The position numbers and the translations under genes are program-made. Below are positions 16,268-20,000 of a stretch of DNA of 20,000 nt, piece by piece. The notes below the pieces were generated by a model. It saw only the letters and a program-made list of their open reading frames with translations, did no database searches and was not told the origin of the DNA. The stretch lies in sequence record DRR378314_468. One strand, 5' to 3'. How positions within the stretch are numbered: the stretch's first letter is position 1; every line of letters begins with the position of its first letter.

Positions 16268-17312
16268 ACATACCCATATCTTGGTCATTCGTTTGTCGGC
16301 CATGGGCGATGTGGCGATGACCGTCCCCGTTATCTGTGCACTCACTGATCAATATCCGGAAATACAACTTACCGTTCTTACCAAAAAACCGTTTAGGCCC
16401 ATTTTTGATGGATTGGAGAACGTGGAAGTAAAAGAAGCGGATGTAAAGAATCGGCATAAGGGCTTAATGGGGCTTTGGCGCCTGTACAAAGAACTTAAAC
16501 CTTTACGGTTCGATGCTGTTGCAGACCTACACAATGTGCTGCGCAGCCGCATTCTAAAAAAGTATTTTGCGTTGGAGAGCATACCATTTGCCCAAATTGA
16601 TAAAGGGAGAAAGGACAAAAAAGCACTTACCCGCACCAAGAACAAAGTCTTTGAACAATTAAAGAGCACACACGAAAGGTATGCCGATGTTTTTACTACA
16701 CTGGGTTTTCCGATTGACTTGTCCAATACCAAACCCTTGGAACGAGTTCAGCTTTCCGAAAAAGTGCTTGGTTTGGTGCAGCAGGACACCAAAAAATGGG
16801 TCGGAATTGCACCTTTTGCAGCACACGAAGGAAAAATGTATCCATTGGAATCGACCAAAGAGGTCATTAAAGCGCTTAATAATACCGAAAAGTATAAAAT
16901 TTTGTTGTTCGGTGGAGGGGCCAAAGAAGTGGAAGTATTGGAAGGACTTGCCAAAGATTACCAAAATGCAGAGTGCATGGCAGGTAAACTTAGCCTATCC
17001 GAAGAACTACAGCTCATTTCCAATTTGGATGTGATGCTGTCCATGGACAGCGGCAATGCGCACATGGCCGCCAATTATGGTATTCCCGTATTGACACTTT
17101 GGGGCGTTACGCATCCTTACGCTGGTTTTTATCCGTTTGGCCAGCCGATGGAAAATGCACTTTTGGCCGACCGTGAAGAATATCCTTTGATCCCAACATC
17201 GGTTTACGGCAATAAAGTGCCCCAAGGCTATGAGAATGCCATGAACACCATCAAACCAAAGGATATTTTGGAGAAGTTGATGGGGGTTTTGGAACCAACC
17301 ATAAAATCATAA
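16251..17312 (+). CDS. Glycosyltransferase family 9 (ADP-heptose:LPS heptosyltransferase-like)
   Basis: ILVIRLSAMGDVAM, VADLHNVLRS, GIAPFAAH.GK.YP and SMDSGNAHMAANYGIPVLTLWG.T.P. GTG start overlaps DUF4254 by 17 nt. Confidence 0.9.
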   Translation: MDKKGKHTHILVIRLSAMGDVAMTVPVICALTDQYPEIQLTVLTKKPFRPIFDGLENVEVKEADVKNRHKGLMGLWRLYKELKPLRFDAVADLHNVLRSRILKKYFALESIPFAQIDKGRKDKKALTRTKNKVFEQLKSTHERYADVFTTLGFPIDLSNTKPLERVQLSEKVLGLVQQDTKKWVGIAPFAAHEGKMYPLESTKEVIKALNNTEKYKILLFGGGAKEVEVLEGLAKDYQNAECMAGKLSLSEELQLISNLDVMLSMDSGNAHMAANYGIPVLTLWGVTHPYAGFYPFGQPMENALLADREEYPLIPTSVYGNKVPQGYENAMNTIKPKDILEKLMGVLEPTIKS

Positions 17313-17419
17313 AAGCGATTCATCAACTACTCACCATAAATTTTATAGTTAAATCAATTATCTTAACTTTCCATGTCCAATTTTACCGCTCAACCTATAT
17401 CATAAAACAAAAATTAACT

Positions 17420-18355
17420 ATGAAAAAAACAAGCTTGATTTTCTCCGCATTGATAGGAATTACTATGCTTTCCTGTTCCACCGATGAACCCATCGAAAAC
17501 CCCAATGCTGGCCCAAGACTGAATATTACTTTTATAATGGATGCTGATGCCGAACGACTGGATAATTTGGGAAACCCAGTTTCGGTGCCGGAAGGCAATG
17601 CTGCGCAAGATCCCGATTTTGATGTTTTGGGATTGCATTTTATTGGTTTGTACCCCGATAAATTTACCCCGTACGATGAGGGGGTTACCGTTGTATCTAC
17701 AGCCACTACGGGAAGTGGAGGGGCAACTGCGATCGACTTTGACAGCGAAGTATTTTTTAATGATGAATTAAATACGCTTAGTGTGCCCTTAAGCTTTGTT
17801 AGTACTGGCACCTACGAATATTTTAGGGCCTCCATTGGCTATCAGAAATACAGAATCGTATATAATTTAGAGGGCGCTGAAACGGAAATTCCCGACTGGC
17901 CCGCCAACGTGGACGACAATATTGATGTGGATGGTGTTGTGGCTTCTTTTTTAGGTTACAACACTTATATCGGGAGCTATGTAATCGATAAGCAGACTGT
18001 TTCGGTCAATGGCAACAAGGCCCAGGGCTATTTTGGTTTGGAAACTACCGGAGAAATCGAAGGATTTGTTCTTACCCAGTTAACCCAAGGAGAGGCCCCT
18101 CAAACTACTGTGCCCAACCCCATTGACGATACGTCTCCAGTACCCGAAGGTTCTTGCGTGGTTACGGGGCAATTCCCATCAGCTTTGGTGATACCTCAAA
18201 ATCCAACGGAAGACATCAACGTGGAAATTGTCATTTCCATTAACCAAAGTTTTGAATGGGAAGACGGCAACGGCAACGGCAAATATGAACCTTTGTTCGG
18301 CGAAACTGTTGTGGACATGGGCACACGAGGGGTTTTTCCTTCGGTAGTGGATTAA
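17420..18355 (+). CDS. Uncharacterised lipoprotein (SPII signal), acidic and beta-rich
   Basis: MKK plus a hydrophobic stretch and lipobox LSC (Cys19), followed by STDEPIE. C-terminal WEDGNGNGKYEP. Confidence 0.8.
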   Translation: MKKTSLIFSALIGITMLSCSTDEPIENPNAGPRLNITFIMDADAERLDNLGNPVSVPEGNAAQDPDFDVLGLHFIGLYPDKFTPYDEGVTVVSTATTGSGGATAIDFDSEVFFNDELNTLSVPLSFVSTGTYEYFRASIGYQKYRIVYNLEGAETEIPDWPANVDDNIDVDGVVASFLGYNTYIGSYVIDKQTVSVNGNKAQGYFGLETTGEIEGFVLTQLTQGEAPQTTVPNPIDDTSPVPEGSCVVTGQFPSALVIPQNPTEDINVEIVISINQSFEWEDGNGNGKYEPLFGETVVDMGTRGVFPSVVD

Positions 18356-19440
18356 GCCACTGTCCCCTGGCAACTGCTTCCAGCTCCAGCGGTACAACCA
18401 TAGCAATGTTGTGAGATAATAATGTCCCGATTGTTCAGCACATCATCATTGAAATCCTTAATGTGTTTTATGGAACTCGCCACTTTCAGGTCCAGCATTT
18501 GATTAAAATCGCAATCGTACAGCCAACCGTCCCAACTTACGGAGATGGTATTGGTACACATCACATTTTCCACTGCGGCAGGGTTGTAGGCCTCTACCAA
18601 GGAGTACATATAATCTTCATAATTGTCCGAAGCAATCAGGTAGTCCAAGAAACGTGAAATCGGCAAATTGGTAATGGCAAAAAGGTTGTGAAAGTCAATA
18701 TCAAAATCTTCTTTCAATGCCTTTTTAAAATCATGCTCCATAGCGGCCTGGTCGGCAGGCAAAAAAGCCCCCGAAGGATTGTACACCAAATCCAAGCGCA
18801 AAGGGCTATCGGGCATACCGTAACCTACTTCGTTTAGCATTTGCAGCGCCTTTATGGATTTATCAAAAACACCATCACCACGTTGTTTGTCCGTTTTGCC
18901 ACGAGTGTAGTGGGGCATGGAAGATACCACGTGCACATTGTGCTTTTTGAAAAATTCGGGCAGGTCGTGGTATTTTTTATTGGCCAAAATAATGGTAAGG
19001 TTGGAACGCACGATAAAATCTTTGATACCTGCTTTGGAAGCTTCTTCCACAAACCATCTAAAATCCGGGTTCATTTCAGGCGCGCCACCGGTAAGGTCTA
19101 GGGTATGGGCACCCGTATTTCGAATGACCTCCAGGCACTGTTCCATGGTTTCCCGCGTCATAATTTCCTTTCGGTCCGGTCCGGCATCTACATGGCAGTG
19201 CCCACAGACTTGGTTGCACATGTACCCCACATTTATTTGGAGCACTTCCAATGTTTTGGGCTTTAACGGAAATTGGCCGGTTTCCGCAATTTTATTCTTA
19301 AAGTAGGGAAGTACACCATCCGAAAAAAGTTCCCCGTTGAGGATTTCTAACTGCGCTTGGGAGTTGGCAAGTGTGTCTTTCTGTGCCTTTAAGGATTTCT
19401 TAGCTGCTTTTTTTAAGTCTGTAAGTATGCTTTGCGTCAT
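18352..19440 (-). CDS. arsS: Arsenosugar-biosynthesis-type radical SAM protein (ArsS-like, Cys form, C-terminal DUF3641-like domain)
   Basis: LQINVGYMCNQVCGHCHVDAGP.R.E.M (CxxxCxxC), LDLTGGAPEMNP.FR, LVYNP.GAFLP, YDCDFNQML and terminal HCYGCTAGAGSSCQG. Confidence 0.9.
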   Translation of the reverse strand: MTQSILTDLKKAAKKSLKAQKDTLANSQAQLEILNGELFSDGVLPYFKNKIAETGQFPLKPKTLEVLQINVGYMCNQVCGHCHVDAGPDRKEIMTRETMEQCLEVIRNTGAHTLDLTGGAPEMNPDFRWFVEEASKAGIKDFIVRSNLTIILANKKYHDLPEFFKKHNVHVVSSMPHYTRGKTDKQRGDGVFDKSIKALQMLNEVGYGMPDSPLRLDLVYNPSGAFLPADQAAMEHDFKKALKEDFDIDFHNLFAITNLPISRFLDYLIASDNYEDYMYSLVEAYNPAAVENVMCTNTISVSWDGWLYDCDFNQMLDLKVASSIKHIKDFNDDVLNNRDIIISQHCYGCTAGAGSSCQGTVA

Positions 19441-19452
19441 TCATCAAAAGGT

Positions 19453-19788
19453 TTACATGGAAAGTTTGTCGTATTTGTTCATCATTTGTACACCATGTAC
19501 CAAGGTGGCTCCACTTTCTATGGCGGCTCCCGCGTGTACGGCTTCCATCATTTCTTCTTTGGTGATTCCTCGCTGAAGGCCATCTTTGGTGTAGGCATCA
19601 ATACAATACGGACATTTTACTACGTGCGAAACCGCCAGTGCGATCAAAGATTTTTCTCGTGCACTCAGCGCCCCCTCCTCAAAAACTTTACCGTAGTAGT
19701 CAAAAAATTTATTGCCCAGCTCTTCGCTCCATTCGGTGATTTTACCAAATTTTCTCAAGTCTGCTGGATCGTAATATGATTTGGCCAT
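19453..19788 (-). CDS. AhpD/carboxymuconolactone-decarboxylase-family peroxidase-like protein associated with ArsS
   Basis: 111 aa: YYDPADLRKFG, GALSAREKSLIALAVSH...CPYCIDAY and GATLVHGVQM. It lies 12 nt upstream of arsS on the same strand. Confidence 0.88.
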   Translation of the reverse strand: MAKSYYDPADLRKFGKITEWSEELGNKFFDYYGKVFEEGALSAREKSLIALAVSHVVKCPYCIDAYTKDGLQRGITKEEMMEAVHAGAAIESGATLVHGVQMMNKYDKLSM

Positions 19789-19977
19789 TTTTCTTTATTT
19801 AATGTTACACCTAAACATACAACAATTATCACTATTCATTTTGGTCGAAACCATTTGGGATAGATTACATGCTTTGATTGATAAATTGTTGGTTTTGTCA
19901 AAATAAACGAGCTTACATCTGATTATGAGACTTTTAAAACGAAAAAAGGTGTCTAAAAAGCAACAAAATCTTGAATT

Positions 19978-20000
19978 TGTCAGGTTGAGCGCAGTCGAAA
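19978..20000 (+). repeat. Start of a flavobacterial REP-like element (TGTCAGGTTGAGCGCAGTCGAAA..., truncated)
   Basis: Matches the recalled TGTCAnnnTGAGCGCAGTCGAAnnn repeat type. Cut by the window end, so the partner arm is not visible. Confidence 0.55.

Noticed and set aside
17347-17368. AGTTAA/TTAACT inverted repeat upstream of the lipoprotein gene
   Set aside because: 6-bp AT-rich arms are expected by chance in this spacer.
18352-18400. Selenocysteine read-through in ArsS
   Set aside because: The relevant codon is TGC (Cys) and the ORF ends normally at TAA.
19812-19819. Minus-strand promoter TATGTTTA for the peroxidase-arsS unit
   Set aside because: It is only an imperfect match to TAnnTTTG with no -33 element, too weak to list as a feature.

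Overview
A window from a Bacteroidota genome, most likely a marine Flavobacteriaceae (inferred from gene content, TAnnTTTG promoter motifs and repeat types). Bases 1-12725 (+ strand) are the distal part of an AT-rich, Wzx/Wzy-type surface-polysaccharide locus. In order it holds pseI (5'-truncated), wzx, a KpsS-like glycosyltransferase, wzy-like and waaL-like membrane proteins, a Gnu-like SDR epimerase, a WbaZ-like GT4, gmd, an Rmd/Tld-type reductase, a wcaJ-type initiating transferase and uxs. A ~440 bp mosaic of nested palindromic and short repeats follows. The rest is purD, a small membrane protein, a DUF6427/DUF4254/GT9 envelope cluster, an uncharacterised lipoprotein, and a minus-strand two-gene unit (AhpD-like peroxidase plus arsenosugar-type radical SAM ArsS, Cys form). 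The best candidate for a new system is a compact O-unit assembly line. It may combine lipid-linked C4-epimerisation (Gnu-like enzyme next to a Glc-1-P transferase), a rare GDP-6-deoxy-D-hexose and a KpsS-type pseudaminyltransferase. Family assignments come from motif recognition and recalled sequences; no database search was run.
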